NCBI GenBank assembly: GCA_007116605.1
Contig: SKID01000296.1
Span: forward strand, 1 to 24,798
Length of the DNA stretch: 24,798 nt
Direction: 5' to 3'
Origin: Tissierellia bacterium
GTDB taxonomy: Bacteria > Bacillota > Clostridia > Tissierellales > Dethiosulfatibacteraceae
The notes under the pieces are model-generated. The model ran no database searches. It worked only from the letters and a program-made list of their open reading frames with translations, and was not told where the DNA came from. The position numbers were made by a program, and so were the translations under genes. Each line of letters opens with the position of its first letter. The stretch's first letter is position 1. This document shows, piece by piece, positions 16,977 to 24,798 of the stretch.

Positions 16977-18329
16977 GCCATATCGCTTTAATTTATACTG
17001 TAAGGTCCTTCTCGATATACCAAGTGCTTCTGCCGTCTTTTCCCTATGTCCATCATTTTTGCTTAATGCTTCTAATATAGCTTGATATTCTTGCTCTTCT
17101 AATGACAGTCCTCCTGTATTCGTTTTGTTATCGTATACAGGTCTCTGTCCATTGTGAGATGAATCTAAACTTAAATGATTAATGTCGATATGTTCGATGA
17201 CATCTCCTTTACTCATGGCCACTGCTCGTTCAATATAATTTTCAAGCTCCCTTACATTGCCTGGCCAATGATAAGCCATTAGTGTATCAATAGAATGTTT
17301 GCTCAATCCTTTCACTGACTTTCCATGTAGTTTATTGTATTTAGTTAAAAAATGACTCGTTAACAGTTCAATATCTTCTTTTCGATAGCGCAAAGCAGTA
17401 CAATGAATTGATATGACATTAATTCGATAAAACAAATCTTTTCTAAACCTTCCTTGATGCATCTCATATTCTAAATTTGCATTTGATGCCGCAATAATTC
17501 GTGCTTTTAAATCGATAGGTTTGGTACCACCAATGGGCTCAATTTTTCTTTCCTGTAACACTGTTAATAATTTGGCCTGTAATGTATGGTCGAGTAAACT
17601 AATTTCATCTAAGAAAACCGTTCCTTCACCTGCTAACTGTAGTTTGCCTTTTTTATCATTATAAGCTCCTGTAAAAGAACCTTTCATATGTCCGAACAAT
17701 TCACTCTCAATAAGATTTTCTGGCAGTGCCGCACAATTAATATGAATAAAGGGCTCTTTGGCTCGGTAACCTTTTCGATGGATTTCCCTTGCTACAACAC
17801 CTTTACCTGTACCACTTTCTCCCGTAATTAAGATTGTGGATTGAATGTTTTTCACTTTCTCAATGGTTTCTTTAATGCTCAAAAAAGCTTTACTCTTGCC
17901 TAAAAAAGGATTGGGAATCATTGTCTTGTTTTGCCAAAAATCTTGTTTTTCAGATTTTTCACTTAGAGCTGATTGTACTTTTTCTAACAATTCTTCAGAG
18001 TCAAAGGGTTTGGTGATATAATCATATGCACCTTTTTTCATTGCTTCTACTGCATGATTAATGGTGCCATAAGCAGTCATTAAAACGACAATAGGTTCTA
18101 ATTCTTTTGCCTCAATAAAGCCTAGTACCTCTAATCCATTTTTCTTAGGCATTTTATGATCTAATATCACCACATCATATGATTTTTTGCATAAAAAATC
18201 GATAGCTTCTTGTCCATGATTAGCTATATCCACCTGGAACCCAGCTTCTTGAAACTCTTCTGAAAGGACACGTAATATTATTTTCTCATCATCCGCAATC
18301 AATACTGTTCGTTTATCCATGACAATCAT
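16968..18329 (-). CDS. Sigma54-dependent response regulator (REC-AAA+-Fis HTH; AtoC/NtrC family); start may be ATG 18320
   Basis: IADDE, phospho-Asp in ILDHKMP, Walker A GESGTGKG, ESELFGH, GSFTGA, FLDEI, WPGNVREL and C-terminal HTH LGISRRTLQYKL. Confidence 0.93.
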   Translation of the reverse strand: MIVMDKRTVLIADDEKIILRVLSEEFQEAGFQVDIANHGQEAIDFLCKKSYDVVILDHKMPKKNGLEVLGFIEAKELEPIVVLMTAYGTINHAVEAMKKGAYDYITKPFDSEELLEKVQSALSEKSEKQDFWQNKTMIPNPFLGKSKAFLSIKETIEKVKNIQSTILITGESGTGKGVVAREIHRKGYRAKEPFIHINCAALPENLIESELFGHMKGSFTGAYNDKKGKLQLAGEGTVFLDEISLLDHTLQAKLLTVLQERKIEPIGGTKPIDLKARIIAASNANLEYEMHQGRFRKDLFYRINVISIHCTALRYRKEDIELLTSHFLTKYNKLHGKSVKGLSKHSIDTLMAYHWPGNVRELENYIERAVAMSKGDVIEHIDINHLSLDSSHNGQRPVYDNKTNTGGLSLEEQEYQAILEALSKNDGHREKTAEALGISRRTLQYKLKRYGLN

Positions 18330-19807
18330 CCCCTTTCAGTAATTTCATAGGGGATTTTTAATAAAACCTGGGTACCCATATTAGGTGTTGACTCAATAAA
18401 ATGCTGTCCTCCAAACTCATGAAGCACTTTTTTTACAATAGATAAACCTAATCCTGTTCCATGGGGTTTTGTAGTATAAAAAGGTTCAAAGATTCGGTCT
18501 TTTTCTTGCTCCTCTATTCCCACGCCATTGTCTTGAATAGCCACCCATATTTGCTTTTCTGTGTAATTGTTTTCAGTTTTAATGAATATAAAACCTTCTT
18601 CTTCAATGGCTTGGATAGAATTGAGCAAAATATTCATTAAAGCTTGTTGCAATCGAATATCACTGCCTTTTAAGTAGGGTAAATCATCTGCATATTGTTT
18701 TTTGATATCGATGTACTTAAATTGCTTATGAAAAGAGACCGCATCAATGCACTTGTCAAGCACATCGTGAATATCTAAATAATGAAAGCCATCATTGTGG
18801 GATAATCTAGAATAAGCTAACATTTGATCAATAATGGCATTAATTCGGTCTACTTCTTGAATTATAGGTTCTACATAGGTCCAGGAAGCATCCGTCCCTA
18901 TTTTTTTTTGAAGTAATTTAGCACATCCTTTAATACTCATTAAAGGATTTTTAATATCATGTGAAACCTCTGCACTAATTTCACCTAACAAAGCGTACTG
19001 TTTCAATTGTTCTATCTCTTTTTCATATATTTTTTGTTTAGTCACATCAAGCCCTAAAGCAACAACACCATTAACATCTCCATCCTTATCAATCATGGGA
19101 GATAATGTATAGTGGACATAGTATTTCTTACCATCTGCAAGTAAAAACTCCTCCTCACCACTAATGGGTATTCCTGTTTTCACCACATTCAAGTATAGAG
19201 GCTGTAATTGAGCGTATTGTTGAGCATTTAGTAATGCTGACATATCCTTGCCTATTAAACCCTCTTGTTCTCCAATGAGTTGGGCAATTTTTTTGTTCAC
19301 TGCAATCACTTTTTGATTAAGGTCTAATGTCAAAATAAATGATGTAGTGCTATCAAAAATGCTCTTTAAATAATTGCGTTCATTCACTATTTGATAATCA
19401 AGCATGACATTTTCATAAATGGCAGAAGTCAAGAATTCAGCAATTTTTACTTCTTTTTCAGTAAGACCTCTGCCTTTTTTTGCAAAAAGTGTAAACACAT
19501 AATAGTTTTTATAATAACGAATGGGTGTGACAATCAAATCATACCTATCATCTAAAATCAAAATCGCTTCTTTGACCTTATAAATACGATCCATCCATTT
19601 ACTGATTAAAGATACCATATCATCATCAGCAATACTACATACTATGGAATGATTTTGACTCCCATCAATTTGGATTTTTCCATAATCAGTCACTGTTACA
19701 ATTGCAGAGTAATCTATGCCAATCATCTTTGAAACTTCATATTGCTTGAGTTTTTCCAAGCTCTTTTCAACATTGCAACTGATTTTTGAATAATACATGT
19801 GCACCAC
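18326..19807 (-). CDS. Cytoplasmic PAS-containing sensor histidine kinase (AtoS-like); start may be ATG 19798
   Basis: PAS onset YLKSIFDS...LDLNQKVIAVN, H-box EVSHDIKNPL, N-box LMNILLNSIQA, G1 DNGVGI, F-box IFEPFYTTK and G2 GTGLGL. No TM segment seen. Ends in TGA. Confidence 0.92.
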   Translation of the reverse strand: MVHMYYSKISCNVEKSLEKLKQYEVSKMIGIDYSAIVTVTDYGKIQIDGSQNHSIVCSIADDDMVSLISKWMDRIYKVKEAILILDDRYDLIVTPIRYYKNYYVFTLFAKKGRGLTEKEVKIAEFLTSAIYENVMLDYQIVNERNYLKSIFDSTTSFILTLDLNQKVIAVNKKIAQLIGEQEGLIGKDMSALLNAQQYAQLQPLYLNVVKTGIPISGEEEFLLADGKKYYVHYTLSPMIDKDGDVNGVVALGLDVTKQKIYEKEIEQLKQYALLGEISAEVSHDIKNPLMSIKGCAKLLQKKIGTDASWTYVEPIIQEVDRINAIIDQMLAYSRLSHNDGFHYLDIHDVLDKCIDAVSFHKQFKYIDIKKQYADDLPYLKGSDIRLQQALMNILLNSIQAIEEEGFIFIKTENNYTEKQIWVAIQDNGVGIEEQEKDRIFEPFYTTKPHGTGLGLSIVKKVLHEFGGQHFIESTPNMGTQVLLKIPYEITERG

Positions 19808-19840
19808 CCATTCTAGACTTTTGATCTTTTATTCTTTTCT

Positions 19841-19869
19841 ATTATACCAATACTTTGTTTCTTTGACTA
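19841..19869 (-). promoter_or_regulatory. Internal sigmaA promoter for the two-component pair
   Basis: TAGTCA (19869-19864), 17-nt spacer, extended -10 TGg-TATAAT (19846-19841), in the thiolase-kinase gap. Confidence 0.6.
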
Positions 19870-19875
19870 GCATTC

Positions 19876-21054
19876 TCAATAGACTTCAAAAATACCCGCT
19901 GCTCCCATACCACCTCCAATGCACATGCTTACTAAACCAATTTTATCTTTACGTCTTTGCATTTCTTTAATTAACTTAATGCTTAGATAGGCACCTGTAC
20001 AACCTAAAGGATGTCCCAGGGCTATAGCGCCACCATTCACATTAATGATTTGCTTATTTAATCCTAACTCATTGATGCATGCAAGTGCCTGGGATGCAAA
20101 GGCTTCATTTAACTCAATTAAATCAATATCTTCCATCTCTAGACCACATACTTTCAGTGCTTTGGGAATAGCAGCTATTGGACCAATCCCCATGACTTCA
20201 GGAGGCACACCTGCCACTGAAAAACCTACAAACTTAGCAATGATTTTCATACCTAATTGCTCTGCCCGATCTTTTGACATTAATAAAAGAAATGCTGCGC
20301 CATCGCTCATTTGCGAGGCATTTCCTGCTGTCACAGTCCCTCCGTTGGCAAATACTGTTCTTAGACTTGATAGTACTTCTGTTGACATGTTTTTTCTAAC
20401 ACCTTCATCCATATTAAAAGTCTTAACAGAAATTCCTGGTTTCCCATCTGGGTTAACTTTAGGAACTAAAGCTTCTATAGGAATAATTTCATCCACAAAT
20501 TTGCCTTCTGCAATAGCTTTTTCTGCTTTTTGATGACTTTGTGTTGCAAATTCATCTTGCATTTCTCTAGTAATGCCATATTTTTTTGCTACATTTTCAG
20601 CTGTATGTCCCATCGAAATATAGACATTTGGATTGCTTTTCATTAGATCAGGATCTGGTAAATATGCATGTCCTCCCATAGGAACCATGCTCATGGACTC
20701 TACACCTCCTGCCAAAACAACATCTGCTTGTCCAGCCATAATTGCATTAGCTGCTAAAGCAATTGTCTGAAGTCCTGACGAGCAAAATCGATTAATTGTC
20801 TGGGCAGGAACGGTATCTGGCAATCCGGCTTTAAGTACAATGTTTCTTGCCATATTAAGACCTTGTTCTGCTTCAGGCATGGCACAACCAATAATCACAT
20901 CATCAATTATTTTTGGATCAAATCCTTCAAGCTTATCTAACATACCTTTAACTACTTGCGCGCCAATTGCCTCTGGTCTTGTATGCTTTAAGCTTCCTTT
21001 TGGTGCTTTTCCTATAGGCGATCTCGCCATTGCAACAATTACTGCATCTCTCAT
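19876..21054 (-). CDS. fadA: Acetyl-CoA C-acyltransferase (degradative thiolase, FadA-like)
   Basis: Catalytic motifs NRFCSSGLQ, NEAFA, GHPLG and SMCIGGGMG. Ends in TGA. Confidence 0.93.
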   Translation of the reverse strand: MRDAVIVAMARSPIGKAPKGSLKHTRPEAIGAQVVKGMLDKLEGFDPKIIDDVIIGCAMPEAEQGLNMARNIVLKAGLPDTVPAQTINRFCSSGLQTIALAANAIMAGQADVVLAGGVESMSMVPMGGHAYLPDPDLMKSNPNVYISMGHTAENVAKKYGITREMQDEFATQSHQKAEKAIAEGKFVDEIIPIEALVPKVNPDGKPGISVKTFNMDEGVRKNMSTEVLSSLRTVFANGGTVTAGNASQMSDGAAFLLLMSKDRAEQLGMKIIAKFVGFSVAGVPPEVMGIGPIAAIPKALKVCGLEMEDIDLIELNEAFASQALACINELGLNKQIINVNGGAIALGHPLGCTGAYLSIKLIKEMQRRKDKIGLVSMCIGGGMGAAGIFEVY

Positions 21055-21066
21055 TTATATCACCTC

Positions 21067-23421
21067 TTAATTTCTTAATGGTTTGCCTTTTTTAAGCATA
21101 TGTTCGATTCTGTCTTGGGTTTTCTTCTCACCGCATAAGCTTAAAAATATTTCTCTCTCTAACTCCAAAATTCTTTCTTCGCTAACAAACATTCCAGGCA
21201 ACACTTCTCCACCTGTCATGATAGAGGCTAACTTATCTGCTAGGAACCCATCGTATGCAGAAATAAATCGTCCTTCAATCATATACGCGATGACATTGTC
21301 TAACACGCCTTTTCCTGAGGTCCCTGTCACTTGAATGTCTTTTTTTATGAGTGGTCTAAATCCATTATCCGCTAGGTGGATGACTTCTTTTTTAGCTTCA
21401 TCTACAAGATAGTCATTGTTCATCACAATACGATCTGTCTTTCTGATATAATTTAAACGCTGACCATCATATGCACTGGATGAAACTTTGGCCATAGCAA
21501 TGGTTTCCCATGCTGTCCTTATACGATTGATCAGTTCTACCAATGAAGGTTTTGCCAAGTCTTCTGTAGATCGTATTAACGTCTCCTTAACGCCACCGCC
21601 ACCTGGCACAAGTCCTACGCCTAGTTCTACTAAACCCATATATGATTCAGCATGAGCAATTTGTCGATATCCTCCTAAAGAAACTTCTAATCCTCCTCCT
21701 AAAGTCATGCCAAATGGGCAAGTGACTACTGGTTTGCTAGCATATTTCATTTTCATGATGCCATGTTGAAGCTCATAAACTGTTTTTTCTAATTGATCCC
21801 AATTTTGACTCTTAGCCATCTCTGCAACCATCATCAAGTTTGCCCCTGGTGAAAAGTTTTTCCCTTGATTAGCCACAACCATGCCCCTGTAACTTCCTTC
21901 TTCTAATGTTTTCACCGACAGTGGGATAATTTCAATAATGTCTTGATCAATTGTGTTACTATGACTCTTAAACTCTAGACAAATCACATCATCACCAATG
22001 TCTACTATCCTAGCGCTTTTGTTTTCGTTGATAGTAGGATACATTTTTTGGTTTTTCAGAAGAATATAGGGGACACCAAGGTCAGATGCATCATAAAAGC
22101 AATCTTCTTTTCTATCTAATTTAGCTTTAACCCATTCAGGTAAAACATGACCTTCATTCAACATCCTTTGTGATGCACTTTGGAAGCCTAAAGCATCCCA
22201 AACTTCAAAAGGACCTAATTCCCAATTAAAACCCCATTTAATGGCTTGATCAATGCTTTTAAAGTCTTCTGCAATTTCCGGTACTTTGTTAGCTGCATAG
22301 AGTAATGTTTCTTTAAGCACTTGCCACACAAATTGATTTTCTTGTTCTTCTCCCCATGCCATGGCATGGATTTGTTGCTTTAGCTTCCCAGCTTTTTTTG
22401 CTTTCTTAACCGGCAGCAATTCCACTGGTCCTGTCTCATGATATTCTTTTTTTAGATAATCGAATACCATTCGTTTAACACCTGAGGTGGTTTTTTCTTT
22501 TTTGTAAAAACCTGCTCTGGTTTTGTCTCCTAACTGCTTATTTTTTACCATTTCTTTAACATAATCAGGAATTGTATTAGATGAAATCTCATAAGGATCT
22601 TCTGTTTTATCAAGGACATTTTGTGCCACATGCACGAGAATATCAATGCCAACCATATCTGCTAATCTAAAAGTTCCTGTTTTAGGTCGTCCAATAATTG
22701 TACCTGTTAATAAATCTGTGGTCGCAACATCATATCCAAAAATTTGCGACTGCTTCATCACCGTTGCCATCGCTTGGACACCGATTCGGTTAGCTATAAA
22801 ATTCGGAGTATCTTTTGCAATCACAACACCCTTACCTAGTCTTTTAGTCGCAAATTCTTTCATAAATTCAATATATTCTGGCTTAGTTTCTTTACATGGA
22901 ATCAGTTCAAAAAGTTTCATATATCTGGGTGGATTAAAAAAGTGAGTTCCCATAAAACATGATTTGAATTCCTCATCCATCTCTACAGCGATATCATTGA
23001 TAGATACTCCTGAAGTATTAGTGGCTACTAATGTGCCTTTACGCCTATACTTTGCCACTTCTTTGAAAAAAGATTGTTTGATCTTCAAGTTTTCTACTAT
23101 GACTTCAATGATTAAGTCACATTCAGAAATTTTGTGCATATCATCTTCAAAATTCCCAGTTTCAATGAGAGATCCAAATTCAGCATCATAAATGGCTCTG
23201 TTCTTAGGGTTCATAATATGTTCTTTCCCTAAACTAGCAAGTTTGTTTTTTACTTCTTTATCAGTTGCTTTTAAACCCTTTTTTTGTTCTATTTCCGTTA
23301 ATTCTGTGAATGCCCTATCTAACAACAATACCGGATAACCTGCTCCTGCAAAGTGAGCGGCGATACTAGCCCCCATTACACCCGCTCCTAAGACAGCAAC
23401 TTTTTTAACTTGTATATTCAT
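21067..23421 (-). CDS. fadN: 3-hydroxyacyl-CoA dehydrogenase / enoyl-CoA hydratase fusion (B. subtilis FadN-type)
   Basis: GAGVMG, NTSG, HFFNPPRYM and DTPNFIANRIG. C-terminal crotonase domain keeps both Glu (GGGLEV, VELGVGLVPGGGG). Ends LKKGKPLRN. 784 aa. Confidence 0.9.
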   Translation of the reverse strand: MNIQVKKVAVLGAGVMGASIAAHFAGAGYPVLLLDRAFTELTEIEQKKGLKATDKEVKNKLASLGKEHIMNPKNRAIYDAEFGSLIETGNFEDDMHKISECDLIIEVIVENLKIKQSFFKEVAKYRRKGTLVATNTSGVSINDIAVEMDEEFKSCFMGTHFFNPPRYMKLFELIPCKETKPEYIEFMKEFATKRLGKGVVIAKDTPNFIANRIGVQAMATVMKQSQIFGYDVATTDLLTGTIIGRPKTGTFRLADMVGIDILVHVAQNVLDKTEDPYEISSNTIPDYVKEMVKNKQLGDKTRAGFYKKEKTTSGVKRMVFDYLKKEYHETGPVELLPVKKAKKAGKLKQQIHAMAWGEEQENQFVWQVLKETLLYAANKVPEIAEDFKSIDQAIKWGFNWELGPFEVWDALGFQSASQRMLNEGHVLPEWVKAKLDRKEDCFYDASDLGVPYILLKNQKMYPTINENKSARIVDIGDDVICLEFKSHSNTIDQDIIEIIPLSVKTLEEGSYRGMVVANQGKNFSPGANLMMVAEMAKSQNWDQLEKTVYELQHGIMKMKYASKPVVTCPFGMTLGGGLEVSLGGYRQIAHAESYMGLVELGVGLVPGGGGVKETLIRSTEDLAKPSLVELINRIRTAWETIAMAKVSSSAYDGQRLNYIRKTDRIVMNNDYLVDEAKKEVIHLADNGFRPLIKKDIQVTGTSGKGVLDNVIAYMIEGRFISAYDGFLADKLASIMTGGEVLPGMFVSEERILELEREIFLSLCGEKKTQDRIEHMLKKGKPLRN

Positions 23422-23438
23422 TGTTTCCTCCAGTTCAT

Positions 23439-24230
23439 TTATTTTCCTTGAAAATCAGGTCTGCGTTTTTCTAAAAATGCTTGAATACCTTCTTTGAAAT
23501 CTTCTGTTCTTCCACAAAATCTTTGACGTTCATCTTCAAGATGGATATAGGCTTCAAAACCTTGATATTCAGACACATATATCAACTCTTTCATTATTCC
23601 AAAAGCAATACTGGGTCCTCGAGCCAGTTTAGATGCAAATTTAGCACCTTGTTGTTCTAGATTCTCATTTGCTACCACCATATGAACTAAACCCATTTCT
23701 TTTCCTTCAGTAGCTGAGACACTTCTACCCGTCATGATTAAGTCATTTGTTCGATTCACCCCTATGGCTCTAGTTAGCAAAAATACTCCTCCAGCATCTG
23801 GTACTAACCCTATATTGACAAAAGCTTGAACAAAATTCGAATCTTCTGCAGCCAAGATAAAATCACAAGCTAAAGCAATATTAAATCCTGCACCTACGAC
23901 AGCTCCATGAACTAAAGCTACTACAGGTTTTTTCATTTTTTTAATCGCTAAAGACACTAATCCTGCTCTCCGAATCCCTTCATCAAGAGCATCCAGTTGT
24001 TTGGTTTGAATGCTTTGAACCATCATTCTAATATCTCCACCAACACTAAAGTTTTTACCTGCACCACTAATTAATACCACTTTCACTTCATCTGAATCTT
24101 CACATTTTTTCAAAGCCTCTAATATTTCACCGGCAATTTCTGCATCAATGGCATTGTAGTTTTGAGGAGAGTTTAAAACGATTTTGCCAATTCCATCGGA
24201 CTGAGAATAAATTATTTTTTTATACTGCAT
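23439..24230 (-). CDS. Crotonase-superfamily protein of the PaaG-like (Asp-only, isomerase-type) class, ~263 aa
   Basis: FSVGGD, GAGFNIALACD and FVNIGLVPDAGG. Both classical hydratase Glu are absent and the Asp is present. Start moved from 24242 to ATG 24230, after SD GGAGG. Confidence 0.85.
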   Translation of the reverse strand: MQYKKIIYSQSDGIGKIVLNSPQNYNAIDAEIAGEILEALKKCEDSDEVKVVLISGAGKNFSVGGDIRMMVQSIQTKQLDALDEGIRRAGLVSLAIKKMKKPVVALVHGAVVGAGFNIALACDFILAAEDSNFVQAFVNIGLVPDAGGVFLLTRAIGVNRTNDLIMTGRSVSATEGKEMGLVHMVVANENLEQQGAKFASKLARGPSIAFGIMKELIYVSEYQGFEAYIHLEDERQRFCGRTEDFKEGIQAFLEKRRPDFQGK

Positions 24231-24266
24231 TTCTACCTCCATTAGCTATGATTTAATTTACTTAAT

Positions 24267-24282
24267 TGCAAATAACATACCA
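24267..24282 (-). promoter_or_regulatory. Sigma54 (-24/-12) promoter of the beta-oxidation operon
   Basis: TGGTATG-TTAT-TTGCA versus consensus TGGCACG-N4-TTGCW, with exact GG/GC spacing. A sigma54 activator is encoded downstream in the same cluster. Confidence 0.85.
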
Positions 24283-24459
24283 CTATATTATTCTGTAAAA
24301 TAATTGATACCTCTTTGTAAATATCAACAGGAATCGTGAAGTCAGATGTCACTTCAAACACCACCTAAATCTTAGGGTCTGTTATATAAGGACTCTAAAA
24401 TACTTATCTTACACTTAACTTAAGACTATTTATCATCGGATAAAATGGTCCTCTTAACG

Positions 24460-24515
24460 GTGCAAACATTGCACACTTTTGCACAACAAGTGCAGGATTT
24501 GCACAATGCCTTGCA
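24460..24515. promoter_or_regulatory. Array of six TGCA half-sites; probable enhancer (UAS) for the sigma54 activator
   Basis: TGCA at 24461, 24470, 24480, 24491, 24500 and 24512. These form GTGCA-N5-TGCAC twice and TGCAC-N5-GTGCA once, about 180-230 bp upstream of the -24 element. Confidence 0.7.
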
Positions 24516-24557
24516 TCTATTTTTCATTACTCATCGAATAGAAACTATGGTTCATGA

Positions 24558-24586
24558 TTGTTTTAGTTTTTGTCCTATGTTATAAT
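24558..24586 (+). promoter_or_regulatory. Putative sigmaA promoter of the divergent MscS-family gene
   Basis: TTGTTT (24558-24563), 17-nt spacer, extended -10 TGt-TATAAT (24581-24586). Confidence 0.6.
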
Positions 24587-24613
24587 ATGAACAGTATTTT
24601 TTCAGGAGGATAT

Positions 24614-24798
24614 ATGGATTATTTTAAAGATCTATTTATAGAATATCAAATTAACCCACTTTTTGCTGAAGCAGTAGCCTTTATTATCGTTTTTTCAATT
24701 GTACTTACCATTAGTATCAGTTCTTATTATATTGCCCGTAAATTCGTCATTCCTATATTAGAAAAATATATTCGTGGAAATAAATATAAATGGGATAA
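24614..24798 (+). CDS. 5' part of a membrane protein, probably an MscS-family (YbdG/MscM-like) mechanosensitive channel; runs off the right edge
   Basis: Not in the ORF track. SD AGGAGG, then an open frame MDYFKDLFIEYQINPLFAEAVAFIIVFSIVLTISISSYYIARKFVIPILEKYIRGNKYKWD. The TM helix followed by ..K(T/Y)KWD resembles this family's N-terminus. Confidence 0.6.
   Translation, partial: MDYFKDLFIEYQINPLFAEAVAFIIVFSIVLTISISSYYIARKFVIPILEKYIRGNKYKWD

Noticed and set aside
18326-19878. Genetic code 4/25 (TGA as sense)
   Set aside because: There is no in-frame TGA in any gene, Trp is encoded by TGG, and the kinase and thiolase end in TGA at natural C-termini.
1332-23191. All plus-strand ORFs in the track (e.g. 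6139-6549, 12347-12841, 20045-20533) and short alternate-frame minus ORFs (283-468, 11406-11672, 15174-15446)
   Set aside because: They overlap well-supported genes and have no recognisable motifs. They are consistent with antisense or alternate-frame shadows.
24460-24515. TGCA array as a CRISPR or tandem repeat element
   Set aside because: The repeats are 4-5 bp with 5-8 bp gaps, far too short, and no cas genes are present. An enhancer explains it better.

Overview
A low-GC, Clostridia-like (Bacillota) chromosomal window. All complete genes are on the minus strand. From left to right it holds: glutamate synthase gltD/gltB; a Na+-translocating methylmalonyl-CoA-decarboxylase-type operon (mmdA-D-C-B); a family III CoA-transferase; a HutP-family RNA-binding antiterminator and a DUF2177 membrane protein; a FabK/nitronate-monooxygenase-like flavoprotein; pncB; hcp; a DpsL/ferritin-like gene; a cytoplasmic AtoS/AtoC-like sigma54 two-component pair; and a sigma54-driven beta-oxidation operon (PaaG-like crotonase, FadN-like dehydrogenase/hydratase, thiolase). 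The 5' end of an MscS-family gene lies on the plus strand at the right edge. I found no mobile elements, CRISPR arrays or rRNA/tRNA genes. Two signals stand out. (1) A ~160-nt leader between hutP and the CoA-transferase has its own promoter, NAG-triplet arrays and a terminator abutting the ribosome-binding site. This looks like a HutP-type antitermination switch on a non-histidine, CoA-transferase/Na+-decarboxylase locus, and the HutP has a divergent effector pocket. (2) gltD is interrupted by two in-frame TAG codons, both at positions where homologues carry Trp, and the GltD-like frame continues past both (amber readthrough/recoding, pseudogene or sequence error). All family assignments come from motifs recognised by eye; no database searches were run.
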